A stretch of 64,000 nucleotides of DNA from Octopus sinensis (GCF_006345805.1 NC_043009.1:59768001-59832000), one strand, 5' to 3'. Shown: positions 39,791-53,335, numbered from the stretch's first letter. The notes: generated by a model from the letters alone, not told the origin. Translations and numbers: made by a program.

Positions 39791-39944
39791 AAGAGAGAGA
39801 GAGGGGGGTAGTGAAGGGAAGCAAGGTTGTAATGGCCAGGATGGAGTAATTGAGATGGATTATTTAAAAATCGATTTATTTGCTTGGTTTTCCAGTCTTG
39901 CAAAATTTCCATCTGTCTGACATGTCCAAACTTGTTACTGACTT

Positions 39945-39978
<34 letters not shown>

Positions 39979-40845
39979 TGACAACAACAATGACTCTGAT
40001 GACAGCAACAACAACAACAGCAAAGTAGTGAGCAAAGTAGGTTCTGTGTGTTTGCTTGACCCGCAAGAAATAGGTGTCAAATCTCCAATGGAAAGGAATT
40101 AAAAGATAATGTGGTCCTACTGAGTTCCCTGAACATAAAAATGACATGGTGGTGGTCACGGTTGGCATGCCTTTGATCATAGGTTTGTTCAACTAGGGTT
40201 AACCTGAGGTTACACACTACACCAATACACAGTGCTGGATTAACCATTAAACAAATAAGTAGTCAGAGCATCAAGGGAAGACAGGGCATGACAAAAATGG
40301 TAAATGGTTTACAACACAAAAGAAATCACTTTGAACTTGCTAAAAATATATTCGAAGTACTTCTTATGAGTAGAAATACAATTCTGAACTGTTTATGGTG
40401 TCATGGTTAGGAACTGATCAAAGACTTTGCAAATATAAGTGAAGTGGAAGTATACAAAAATAAACATTATTTTCCATATTACTGTTAGCTTTGTTTCATT
40501 TTGAAGACTAAAAATTTTATTCTTTATGTGGTAAAGTGGGTTCCTCCCTCTGATGCGATGTGTGACTGCCATTGTACTGTAGTTGCTGTTTTATACTAGT
40601 AGCCACAATAGTTACTAGTCATTAGATACTGTTGTATCTCTTCATACTGGAATAGTAATTCACTAACTTCTGTCTTACTATTGCTGATAGCTCCACAAGA
40701 CACCGACTAGAAGTTTCGACTCTCTTTGACTCTCAACCCTCTCTTATTTATAATGGCTCTATCCTACCACTTTTTACTGGGTGGGGTACACAGTGTCACT
40801 ATATAACAGTTTATTATTGTTTATATTTTCAATTACAGATATATC

Positions 40846-41037
40846 ATTTGCCATGACAGATCGCTAGCCACTACACATTCTTTATTTACTCTCCTTGTTT
40901 CTTTCTGTGTTCCTTTCTGTGGAAGAGCGTAGGCTCAAAACGTTAAAGATTTTTTCACTTCCCGAGCGTTATACTAATACATCTGTTTATTGTCTACACC
41001 ACCTATCTTCATCTTTTGTTCTTTTGTGAATTCTCCC
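40846..41037 (+). mobile_element. Penelope-like terminal fragment, copy 3 (motif 40913-40948, GAAA mutated to AAAA)
   Basis: Reverse-complement colinear with the other two copies; abuts C6-(TA)n at the same end. Confidence 0.6.
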
Positions 41038-41689
41038 CCCCCCTATATATATATATATATATATATAGATATATATATATATATATTATATATATATATA
41101 TACATTGGGACACCAAAATCTATAGGTCTTAATACAGCTTGGCCAATAATGCTCACAATTTGGGGGGAGGGAAGCCAGTTGATTAGATCGACCCCAGTAT
41201 GCAACTGGTACTTAATTTATCTACCCCAAAAGGATGAAAGGCAAAGTGGACCTTGGTGGAATTTGAACTCAGAACGTAAAGACAGATGAAATACTGTTAA
41301 GTATTTCACCCGGTATGCCAATGTTTCTGCCAGCTCACTACCATAATAATCTTTCCTACTCTAGGCACAAAGCCTGAAATTTTGGGGGAGGGAGGGGCCA
41401 GTCGATTAGATTGACCCCCAGTATGCAACTGGTACTTAACAATTGCCACTTAAATAATAGCAACAATAGCTACCACCACAACTGCTATGACAGCCACAAC
41501 AACAACAAGTTTTATACTGTAGGCCCAAGGCCTGAAATCTTTGGGAGGTGGGGGGCAGTCGATTAGATCAACCCCAGTACACAACTGGTACTTAATTTAT
41601 TTACCCCAAAAGGATGAATGGCAAAGCTGACATTGGCGGAATTTGAACTCGGAACGTAAAGACAGATGAAATAACTGTCACCATAATGA

Positions 41690-42062
41690 TGATGATGATG
41701 ATGATGATGATGATAATGAGAATGATGATGGTGGTGGTGGCGGTAGTGGTGATGACAATAGCAGGTACATCAACAAATAATAGCCATAATTAGAATAAGA
41801 GCCACAGCAATAGCTACATCGATAGCGATAATAGCAACAACAATATTAATATCAATATTGAAAACAACAACAATATCCACCACCAACAATAACACCAACA
41901 CCACCAACACCACCATCACCACTACCACTACCAGCACCACCACTACCACCACAATCCCTACCTCTTCCACCAATATCATCACTCCTACCATTACCATCAC
42001 TACCACCACAACTCCCACTACCACAACCACCGCCACCACAACCACCACCACCACCACTACCA
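41690..42062. repeat. (GAT)n/(CAA/CAC)n trinucleotide tract
   Basis: Directly visible. Confidence 0.9.
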
Positions 42063-42963
42063 ATAAATGTAAAGTTATTTAATGTATTTCTCTACATGAT
42101 TCCTAGATAAACACTCGGTAAAGTCAGCTGGTGTATATACCACATTGATAACGAGTTAACAAGAAAGCATTTACATGGTCGCTTGGCCTGCTTGAAACAA
42201 CAGCCAAATCTCCTTCAAATTACAGACTATCATCTTAGTAATGGACACGACAGATAATGTGATCCTAAGTTCATGGCAACAAGACTAATGGGAGGATCAT
42301 GGCTGGAGTGTCTTTGATCATAAGTTTGCTCAATCAGGTTGACCATTGTCTAAATAACAACAACAGCAACAACTATCACTACTACACTGATAAAATAGTT
42401 AAAGCCCACCCTGTGGACCTACCCTGTCTACCCTTTCATTATGTTTCACTCATGGTTTATCTTGATATTGGGAGTAACATATGTTTTAGATCAGTGGTTC
42501 TCAGCATTTTTTTTTTCCATCTATAGGTAAAAAAGGTAAAATTACCTCCTCATGTCATTCTGGTGGAGGCACATGGCCTAGTGGTTAGAGCAGCAGACTC
42601 GTGGTTGAGGGATCGCAGGTTCGAATCTCAGACCGGGCGATGTGTGTGTTTATGAGTGAAACACCTAAGCTCCACGCAGCTCTTGCAGAAGGTAATGGCG
42701 AACTTCTGCTGACTCTTTTGCCACAACAACTTTCTCTCACTCTTTCCTCCTGCATCTTGCAGCTCACCTGCGATGGACCGTCGTCCCGTCCACGTGAGGA
42801 ACCTATACGCCAAGGAAACCGGGAAACCGGCCCTTATGAGCCAGGTGTGGCTCGAGAAGGGACAAACAAACAAACATGTCACTCTGACTCACAAAGCTGG
42901 TTTCATGGCATATATATTCTGCACCTAGATGGAACACCAGTCCATCATTTTTGCATAGCAAAA

Positions 42964-43002
<39 letters not shown>

Positions 43003-43834
43003 GTAGAGTTCATAAGGGCTTGCACCTAGATGGGACACCAGTCCATCAGTTTTGCATAGTAAAACAAAATATATATATAGGTAGAGTTCATAAGGGCTTG
43101 CACCTAGATGGGATGCCAGTCTGTTGCAAGATTACTAATTTTTTGCCGGCTGATAAGAGTGCAGTAACATGAAATGAAGTGTTTTGCCCCAGAATATACC
43201 ATGTCACCTGGTCCAGGAATTGAAACCACAACCTTCTGATCATGAGTCCAGCACCCTAACCACAAAACACCTGTTTTTTATCTATGGTCCCCTTTGATTA
43301 CAATTTTATTCTGGTGGATTTCCAAAGCCATTCAATGTTTATAGAAATGTTGGAGAAACAAATCTTGATGCTTTTTGCAATAAATGTATCTAAAACGAAA
43401 TTTATACATGGACCCTTTAAACACTACCATGGATACCCAATTTACTATATTTTGCTTGCATGGACCCCAAAAATCTCATATGGGCCCTCAGGAGTCATTT
43501 GAACCCCAGTTGAGAACCACTGTTTTAGATACTCTCTCTTTTTACTCTTTTAATTGTTTCAGTCATTTGACTGTGGCCATGCTGGAGCACCACCTTTAGT
43601 TGAGGAAATCAACCCCAGGACTTATTCTTTGTAAGCCTAGTACTTATTGTATGCTATAGGTATGTATAGGTGGTTGTCGTTGTAGTGGTGATCAATGTTA
43701 TAATGGTTGTAGTGGTTTTGGTGGAAGTTTTGAGAGTCAAGACTATTGAAAAGGTTGCAAGACGCAACGAAAATTTTAGGAAAATAAAAATAAGAAATAA
43801 GTGGAAATAACTGCCCCCAGATACAACAGTGTAT

Positions 43835-44225
43835 ACTCTCTTTTACTTGTTTCAGTCATTTGACTGTGGCCATGCTGGAGCACCACCTTTAGTCGAGGAA
43901 ATCGACCCCAGGACTTATTCTTTGTAAGCCTAGTACTTATTCTAATGGTCTATTTTGCCGAACCTCTAAGTTACAGGGACGTAAACACACCAGCATCGGT
44001 TGTCAAGCGATGTTGGGGATACAAACACAGACACACAAAGATATACACACACATACATATATGTACATATAAACGACGGGCTTCTTTCAGTTTCTGTCTA
44101 CCAAATCCACTCACAAGGCTTTGGTTGGCCCGAGGCTATAGTAGAAGACACTTGCCCAAGGTACCACGCAGTGGGACCGAACCCAGAACCAAGTGGTTCG
44201 TAAGCAAGCTACTTATCACACAGCC
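43835..44225 (-). mobile_element. SINE family A, 48 nt from the DNAJC22 exon 1 donor
   Basis: Reverse complement of family A. Further copies or fragments at about 18283-18640, 20205-20480, 21915-22040, 34815-35087, 36788-37109, 43535-43650, 45781-46125, 49676-50157, 53337-53780, 56790-57000, 57455-57603. Confidence 0.85.
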
Positions 44226-44272
44226 AAATTTATATTGTGTTTGTGAGAGAAAGTCTAGAAGAATAAGCTTAC

Positions 44273-44660
44273 CATAAGCAGCAACAATTGGTGTGAAAAC
44301 AGCCACTACCAAAATCTTGAGACTTCCATAAGATTCTAGGAGTTCCGAAGGCCAAGCAGAATAAAACAGATAAGCAAAGAGTGCCGAGATGAAGATCTGG
44401 CTTATGATTCTTTCATAAGTGATTGGTGGATGAGAATAAATCCGCTTCCGGTCTTTCATTTCTTCAACATAAAACTGGTCATTATTGGCACGGCGTACAT
44501 AAAATGGAATTCTCCAGAGGTCCCTAAACCAACCAATTCCACAGCCTGCCAGAGTTGCCCACCACACCAGAGCCTGGTTATCTCTGTTCAAATAAATATG
44601 ATGAATTCCAAACAGTCCACCAAAGAACCACAGAATGTAGGCTATCACAACTTTGGCCAT
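44273..44660 (-). CDS. DNAJC22: DnaJ homolog subfamily C member 22 (wurst), coding exon 1 (TM2-like N-terminus)
   Basis: ATG at 44660; MAKVVIAYILWFFGGLFGIHHIYLNRDNQALVWWATLAGCGIGWFRDLWRIPFYVRRAN is typical of DNAJC22/wurst. Donor TATG|gtaagc at 44272; 388 nt, phase 1. Confidence 0.92.
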
Positions 44661-44699
44661 TTTGGAGTGACCGTCTCTGGTGGTTTTGTATTTTTGGTG

Positions 44700-44924
44700 A
44701 AATAGTTGTATGCTATAGTATGGGCGGTTGTCGTTGTAGTGGTGACCAGTGTTATAATGGTTGTAGTGGTTTTGGTGGAAGTAGTAGTAATTGTTGTTGA
44801 GATACTGGTTATTGGTGTGACAATGGTTATTGTTAAGGTTGTTGTTGTTGTTGGAGTAGTAGTAGTAGTAGTAGTATTAGTAGAAGCAGCAGCAGCAGTA
44901 GTAGTAATGGTAGAGGTGGTGGTG

Positions 44925-44955
<31 letters not shown>

Positions 44956-45049
44956 AAATGGTGGTGGTGGTAGTAGTGGTAGTAGTAGTTATTGTTGTTG
45001 TGGTGGCAGTGATGGGGGATAGCAGTTACCGTTATGATTGGTAGTAGTG

Positions 45050-45080
<31 letters not shown>

Positions 45081-45430
45081 AAGTAGTAGTAGTAGTAGTA
45101 GTAGCAGCAGCAGAAGTAGTAGTAGTAGTAGTAGCAGCAGCAGTAGTAGTAGTAGTTTTGGTAGCGAATACTATTGCTGAGGTAGAAGTAGTATTAGTGG
45201 TAGTTGTGGTTGTGGAGTTTGCTGAGGTAGTAGTTGAAGTAGTAGTTGTTATTACAGCTGCAGTAGGAGTTATAGTAGCAGTTACTGTCACTACAATGGT
45301 TGTAGCTGTCGTTGTGGTCGTGGTGGTGGCAGTGGTGGTGGTGGCAGTGGTGGTGGTAGTAGCGATGGTGTGCAGCGGTAGTGGCGGTGACGATAAGGGT
45401 GGTATGAGGTTAATAGATGTTACCGCCAAT
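44700..45430. repeat. Compound trinucleotide tract (GTA/GTG/GTT/GCA)n immediately upstream of the DNAJC22 ATG
   Basis: Directly visible; source of the poly-Val and poly-Thr ORFs in the track. Confidence 0.95.
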
Positions 45431-46839
45431 GACAGTAATACAAACGAATGTATCCAAAGGAACAGTTTTCAGCAACATATGTCAGTGCTAGAAATTATCT
45501 CTGTTGTCTGGCACAAAGGGTAGACAGGTACCCTGAATTAAACCATAATTATTTCTTGTCTGTCTGTCTGTCTGTGTGTCTCCCTGATTTTGCAGAATCT
45601 GTTGACATCATGAGCTTGCATTGTGTTCTTCATGTTCTGGTAGTAAGAAACAAAAAAAAAAAAAATTATAAAAAGAAGAAAATAAAGAAAAGAGAAAGAT
45701 CACTTTGTTTTGACCCCTAGAAAGAAACCCTAATTACTTACAGCTAGAAAAATACTAAAAGACAAATGAATTCAAAGACAAGTGTGGTAAGTAGCTTGCT
45801 TACCAACCACATAATTCCGGGTTCAGTCCCACTGCGTGGCACCTTGGGCAAGTGTCTTCTACTATAGCCTTGGGCCAACCAAAGCCTTGTGAGTGGATGT
45901 GGTAGACGGAAACTGAAAAGAAGCCCATCGTATATATGTGTGTGTGTTTGTCCCCCCAGCACCGCTTGACAACCGATGCTAGTGTGTTTACGTCACCGTA
46001 ACTTAGCGGTTCGGCAAAAAGTCACTGAATAAGACCTGGGGTTGATTTGCTCAACTAAAAGGTGGTGCTCCAGCATGGTCACAGTCAAATGACTGAAACA
46101 AGTGAAAGAGTAAAAGAGTAGAAGAGTATTCAGCGATAACATTAGACTTAACTACTGTTAAAGAAATGTAGTACAACTCAATCCAAAGGCACAGTATATT
46201 TAGTGATTTATCCTCTTCCTTGAAACCAATATTTTCTCAGTGTGTACTTTGTACTAAACCACACCATACTCCACCATTCTCTACACTCCACTCAACTACA
46301 CAAAATCCTCACTATATACTAGTACACTACACCATACTACATAATACCACACTCCACTCCAATTAACCATATTTTCTCTAATACACCACATCCCACCCCT
46401 AACAACTATGCTATGTTCCACTCAACACTCCTCCACTCAACCCTCCTCTATTCAACCCCCTACACTCACCCCTCCACTACTCAACCCTCCTCCTCTTAAC
46501 CTTCCTCCACTCGACCCTCCTCCACTCAAACCTCCACTACTCAGTCCTCCTTTACTCATTCCTCCTCCACTCAACCACTCTCCATATTCCACTCCACTAT
46601 ACTTCATCACTTTGCACCACACCAAACCACACTCCACTCTATTCCATGTAACTACACTCTACTCCAATGCACCACATATACTCCCTGTCACTTTGATACA
46701 CTCTACTCAATACTCCCTCTACTCAGTCCTACTCAATCCTCCCCCTCCATTCAACTACACTCCACACTTCATTAGACAATGCCACGTCACATTGCAGTCT
46801 ATCCACTCTACACCACACCTTGCCCATACTATCATAATA

Positions 46840-47655
46840 CACATCAGTTTGCCCATACTAACATAATATACATCAGTTTGCCCATTCTAGCATAACATAC
46901 ATCAGTTTTTCCATACTAACATAATATACATCAGTTTGCCCATACTAACATAATACACATCAGTTTGCCCTTACTAACATAACATACATCAGTTTGCCCA
47001 TTCTAGCCTAGTATACATAAGTTCGCCCATTCTAGCATAACATACATCAGTTTTTCCATACTAACATAATATACATCAGTTTGCCCTTACTAGCATAATA
47101 TACATTAGCTTTCCCTTACTAGCATAATATACATCAGTTTGCCCATACTAGCATAGTATACATTTGTTTGCCCTTACTAGCATAATATACATCAGTTTGC
47201 CCATACTAGCATAATATACATCAGTTTGCCCATTCTAGCATAACATACATCAGTTTTTCCATACTAACATAATATACATCAGTTTGCCCATACTAACATA
47301 ATACACATCAGTTTGCCCTTACTAACATAACATACATCAGTTTGCCCATTCTAGCCTAGTATACATAAGTTCGCCCATTCTAGCATAACATACATCAGTT
47401 TTTCCATACTAACATAATATACATCAGTTTGCCCTTACTAGCATAATATACATTAGCTTTCCCTTACTAGCATAATATGCACCAGTTTGCCCATACTAGC
47501 ATAGTATACATTTGTTTGCCCTTACTAGCATAATATACATCAGTTTGCCCATACTAGCATAATATACATCAGTTTGCCCATTCTAGCATAACATACATCA
47601 GTTTGCCCATACTAACATTAAGGAATATCAATTTGCCCATACCAGCATAACATAA
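46840..47655 (+). repeat. 29-bp minisatellite (about 28 units) with a 348-bp (12-mer) higher-order repeat
   Basis: Unit tacatcagtttgcccatactagcataata; the variant series starting at 46874 recurs at 47222. Confidence 0.92.
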
Positions 47656-48452
47656 TATGGAGTATCTGCAGACGTCAGGATTTTTTCTTGTATGTATGCA
47701 ACTGGATATATATGTATGTGTGTCTGTGTGCACATGTGCACAGATATGGCTGGATGTTTAAAATATCCACTTCGCAATCATGAGATTCTAGGTTCCGTTC
47801 TACTACCAGGCACTTCAGAGAAATATAATTTTTTTTTTTTTTGTGGTCCTCGAGATGATTTTAGACACGTGAGAGAGACTAGGCAGATGGAAACTGTGTT
47901 GAAGGCCTCTGGAAGGATTTTACTTCTAATTTGGAAAAAAAAAAAGAAAAACAGCTGTGTCGTGTTGATTCTTTTATATATAATTTGAATGATACAAACG
48001 CCTATGGTGTATTCAACCACTTACAGTACTATACAATAAGTGTAATTGATTGATTAACTGAAAACACGTCGTGGAAACCAGCATGTGGGTGTGCGTGTAT
48101 GTGTGTGTGTGCATGTGTATGTGCATTTGTGTATATGTGTGTGTGTAACTGGAGTCTCATTGAGTTGTTAGTTTTCTTTGTAAGGGAGAAATAATTTGTT
48201 AAGAATCTATTCAATTTTTCATACAAACGTGTGTGTATATGTATATATATATGTGTGTGTATGTGTGTGTTTGTTTGTTTGTGTGTGTGCATGTGTGTCT
48301 ATATGCATGTATGTATGTATGTATGCATGTATGTATGTATGTATGTATGTATGCATGAATGCATGTATATATGTATGTATACAGTAGTTTTGTAGAACAA
48401 ACAGGGTAAGCAGAACTCATTAGATAAGTATAATAGTTTATTATTATTATTG

Positions 48453-48494
<42 letters not shown>

Positions 48495-48885
48495 GACCCC
48501 AAAAGGGATTCAGTCCCAAAGGTTTTGTGCATGGTACTACCAAACTCTTCAATAACTTTTGTAACTTATGTCACTTGAAAATACTAAAGAAATGTATATA
48601 TGTAACTATGTGATGTATAGTATAAATGTGTGTGTATATGCTGACAAAAAAAACCTACGTACATACATATATATATTGTTATAATATGTATGTGTGTGTA
48701 ATGTGTGCCACACAGGGCTAAACACAGAAGGGACAGAATACAAAGAAGAGCTTTTCTTTTTGGGAAGAAGAGAAGGGGAAAAAAAGGGGGGGTCGAATTC
48801 CGATCAAAAGGGATCATGAAAAAAAATGGGGTCAATCAATAGGGATCGTGTATCACAGAAATGTCAAGACAGGTAGATAGATAGT

Positions 48886-48968
<83 letters not shown>

Positions 48969-49258
48969 TTATTACATACACATAAGATGAATGACCACTA
49001 GGTAGACTCCTAATATGCTACATGTAGACCCTGTATGGTCTGACCACTAAGAAAAATTGTCCTCAAGAAAATTCTTGAGAAGAATTTTTCTTAGTGGTCA
49101 GACCATATGGGATCTACATTTAGCATATTCCTCTTATATGAATGTAATATAATTTTCTGAATCTTCAGATTTTTTAAAAATATGCTAGGCCACTGGTTTA
49201 ATTAATATTAATCTAATTAATATCAATTTTTACCCTTACTATTTAAATTTAGATAGAC

Positions 49259-49313
<55 letters not shown>

Positions 49314-49365
49314 CAGACAGATAGATAGATAGATAGATATATAGATAGATAGATAGATAGATAGG

Positions 49366-49397
<32 letters not shown>

Positions 49398-50527
49398 CAA
49401 ATAGATAGATAGATAGATATGTTTCTTTATTAGCCACACAGGGCTGCACACAGACAGGACAAAATTACAAGGTAGAGCTTTTCTTTTGGGGGTAAAAGAA
49501 GGGGGTTTGGTTTTCGATCAAAACGGATCGTAAATGGAAAGAAAGAGGACAAAAAAGGGGGGGGGATAAAATTAAAAAAAAATAGACAGATAGATAGATA
49601 GATAGATATACATACATGCACACAAATGTACATATACACATACATATATATCTATATGTATATGCATTTGTTCTTTTATTCTTTTACTTGTTTCAGTCAT
49701 TTGACTGCAGCCATGCTGGAGCACTGCCTTAAGGGGTTTTTTTAATCAAAGAATTCGACTCCAGGACTTATTGTTTGTAAGCCTACTACTTATTTTATCT
49801 GTCTCTTTTGTCAAACTGCTAAGTTACGGGGGACATAAACATTCCAACATCAGTTGTCAAGTCATGGTGGTGGGGGAGAAACAAAGACGCAAAGACACAC
49901 ACACACACACACATACACATGCACGCACCCACCCACCTACACACATACACACACACACACTCACACATACCCCCCCCCACACACACACTCACACACACAT
50001 ATATGATGGGCTTCTTCCAGTTTCCGTCTACCAAATCCATTCACAAGGTTCTGGTTGGCCTGAGGCTATAGCAGAAAACACTTGCCCAAGGTGCCATGCG
50101 GTGGGAACGAACCCGGAACCATGTCGTTGGGAATCAAGCTTCTTACCACACAGCCTTACCTGCACCTATATATATATGCATGCATGGGTCATTGCCAGTG
50201 CCGCCTGATTGGCTTCCCATGCAGGTGACATGTAAAAAGCACCATCTGAACCGACTGACTCTTGTGCCAGTAGCATGAAAAACGCACCATCAGAACATGG
50301 CCGATGCCAGTGCCATCGGACTTGCTCCTGTGGCAGGAACACGTAAAATGCACCCATAACACTCTAGGAGTGGTTGGCGTTAGGAAGGGCATCCAGCTGT
50401 AGAAACACTGCCAGATCAGTTAGGAGCCTGGTGCAGCCTCCTGGCTTGCCAGTCCCCAGTCAAACCGTCCAACCCATGCCAGCATAGAAAACAAACATTA
50501 AATGATGATGATGATGATATATACATA

Positions 50528-50560
<33 letters not shown>

Positions 50561-50720
50561 TAGGTTGGCGCATAATTATTGTGGCCTTTTTTCAACAAAT
50601 TTTATTCAACAAAAACAATAACAACATGTAACAAAAACATCTTTAAATGATTATTCCGGAGCATATTCACCATCTACTTCAATTACTGCCTCCCATTTGC
50701 TTAGCAGATGGTCAGACCAT
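50561..50720 (-). mobile_element. Mariner 3' fragment (TIR plus transposase C-terminus)
   Basis: TAGGTTGGCGCATAATTATT TIR-like end; minus strand 50713-50651 reads DHLLSKWEAVIEVDGEYAPE*, like the mariner L..RW..V....GEY tail. Confidence 0.75.
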
Positions 50721-51700
50721 CATTTAAAGATGTTTTTGCTAAATATTGTTATTGTGTATATATATATATATAATATATATATATATATGTGTGTATATGT
50801 ATGTATGTATGTATATGTATGTATATGTATGTATATGTATGTATCTATGTATGTTTGTATGTATGTATATGTATGTATCTATGTATGTTTGTATGTATGT
50901 ATATAGATGCATGTGTGAGTGGTTAAGAAATTTTACTTGCATTCTACCTACCAGTAGGCAACTTGGGCCAGTGCCATTTTTGCCATTTCTCAGACTTTCC
51001 CAACCCTAGTGAGTGGGACAGACTGAACAAAAAAAAATAGAAAAAAAAAAGAAAAGAAAAAGATTGTACCCATAATTCAAAAGGGTCTGCCCTTTTCCCC
51101 ACCCCACATCATACTGATTCTATCTGAGAGTTCCATGAAGGCTGGACGTGTCTATGGAATATTCAACCACATGTGCTATAATGCAATTAGTAGATAGCTC
51201 AGTGGTCGTACAACTGGAATACCCATTCTGGAAACATACAGTGTATCCTTTACTCCATATGTCTCTATGTATGTATTTATGTATGTGTATATACATTTTG
51301 TGAATTCTCCCCCTATGTACATATATATGTATATATATTTCTTTATTGCCCACAATGGGCTAAACATAGAGGGGACAAACAAGGACAGACAAAGGGATTA
51401 AGTCAATTACATCGACCCCAGTGCGAAACTGGTACTTTATTTATCGACCCTGAAAGGATGAAAGGCAAAGTTGACATCGGCGGAATTTGAACTCAGAACG
51501 TAGCGGCAGATGAAATACTGCTAAGCATTTCACCCGGCATGCTAACGATTCTGCCATTATTATATACTAATATTGAGGGGTCAGCAAAAGAAATGCATCA
51601 CCACATACCGAAGTTCAGAAATAGCAGCCAAAATCTAAGCCATTTCTTCTACTTAAAAAAAGGGTCTACCAGAGAAACCATAATACTTGAATCTTATATA

Positions 51701-51737
<37 letters not shown>

Positions 51738-51772
51738 GTATGTATGTATGTATGTATGTATGTATATGTATG

Positions 51773-51804
<32 letters not shown>

Positions 51805-52033
51805 TGTATGTATAGTGGTGAGTTTACTTCTTGAAGTACAAAGTACAAGCAGAGTGTTGTTGTTGTTGTTGTTGTTGTTGTTGCTGTTGTTGTTGTTGTG
51901 TAATTGTTTTTCTTTCTTTTGTGGCGAAAACTCATCATCTCTGATGCCTTTTGCCACCCACCCCACCCACCCCCGCTACCTACCCGAAGCATGCATGCAT
52001 GTATTGTGGGTATTTACTACGGGATGTTGGTAG

Positions 52034-52064
<31 letters not shown>

Positions 52065-52319
52065 GCAAAGATACTCACCACTCACTCTCGTTTGGTCTTG
52101 CTGGTCAAGTCCATGTTGCTTGTGTCTGTCTGTCTGTCCTGTGTGTGTCTGAGTGAGAGAACCATGTTCGGCCTCTCCCGCCTATTGTTGTCAGGCACAA
52201 CAATCAATAACCACATCACACAGCCCTCTGCGATCACTACTGCCACCGCCACTCTTGCAATTTATCTCTTTCCCTCCTACTCTCATTACTTATATCTCAA
52301 GTTTTCCTCTGTGTGTCTC

Positions 52320-52638
52320 TGCGTGCATGTGCGTGTATGTGTGTGTGTGTGAGTGTGAGTGTGTGTATGTGTGTGTGTGTGTGTGTGAGTGTGTGTATGT
52401 GTGTGTGTGTGAGTGTGTGTATGTGTGTGTGTGTGTACAGCTCTCCTTCTCTCTTTCTCTTTCTCCAACACACACTTACACACATACACACACACACACA
52501 CATACACACACACATTCTCTTCTGTCCGCAATCCAGCTTTGTTATCACACATCCGCACTCTCATGTAGAACTCCTATTGCCTTCTCCTCCACCACCACAC
52601 CACCACCAGCTCACACACACACGCACACACACACGCAT

Positions 52639-52676
<38 letters not shown>

Positions 52677-53230
52677 ACACAGACACTACTATCACCACTA
52701 CCACCAACATCGCTACCACCACCACTGACTCCTCCACTACCACCACCACCACCACCAGCTCACATACGCACGCACACACACACACACATACACACACACA
52801 CTACTATCACCACTACCATCAACATCGCCACCACCACCACCACCAGCTCACATACGCACGCACACACACACACACACACATACACACACACACACTACTA
52901 TCACCACTACCACCAACATCGCCACCACCACCACTGGCTCCTCCACTACAAACACCACCACCACCAGCTTGCACACACACACGCACACACACACACGCAC
53001 CACACACACACACACACTACTATCACCACTACCACTGACATCGCTGCCACCACCACTAGCTCCTCCACTACCAACACCACCACCACCACCATCACTACAG
53101 CCACCTCCACACCACCACACACACAATGATGCTATCACCTTAACCACCACCATCACCAGTAACAAACTTACCCCAACACCATCGCCAACATCACCACCAT
53201 GTATGAAACCACTTCCCCCTCTGACTTTCT

Positions 53231-53274
<44 letters not shown>

Positions 53275-53335
53275 ATCTATCTGTCTATCAATCTCTTTAT
53301 CTATTTATTTATCTGTCTATTTCTCTCTACTTTTT
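52320..53335. repeat. Compound (TG)n/(CA)n/(CAC)n/(CT)n block with internally repeated ctactatcaccactaccaccaacatcgc units
   Basis: Directly visible. Confidence 0.9.

Noticed and set aside
38593-39912. 439-aa ORF and the many similar YI/HT/CV/poly-V/poly-T ORFs across the window
   Set aside because: They are translations of stop-free microsatellites, with no domain signal or splice context.
44136-44272. C-terminal part of the 174-aa ORF
   Set aside because: Read-through past the exon 1 donor into intron and a family A SINE.
44989-45429. Mucin-like Thr-rich ORF on the minus strand
   Set aside because: Trinucleotide tract with a non-ATG start, not in frame with DNAJC22; no independent coding evidence.
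46408-46866. Pro-rich (NPPPL)n extensin-like ORF
   Set aside because: Derived from a CCACT/CCT low-complexity zone; no splice or homology support.
46840-47655. CRISPR-like appearance of the 29-bp array (and the 60-bp array at 30392-30950)
   Set aside because: Units are contiguous with no unique spacers, there are no cas genes, and the context is eukaryotic.
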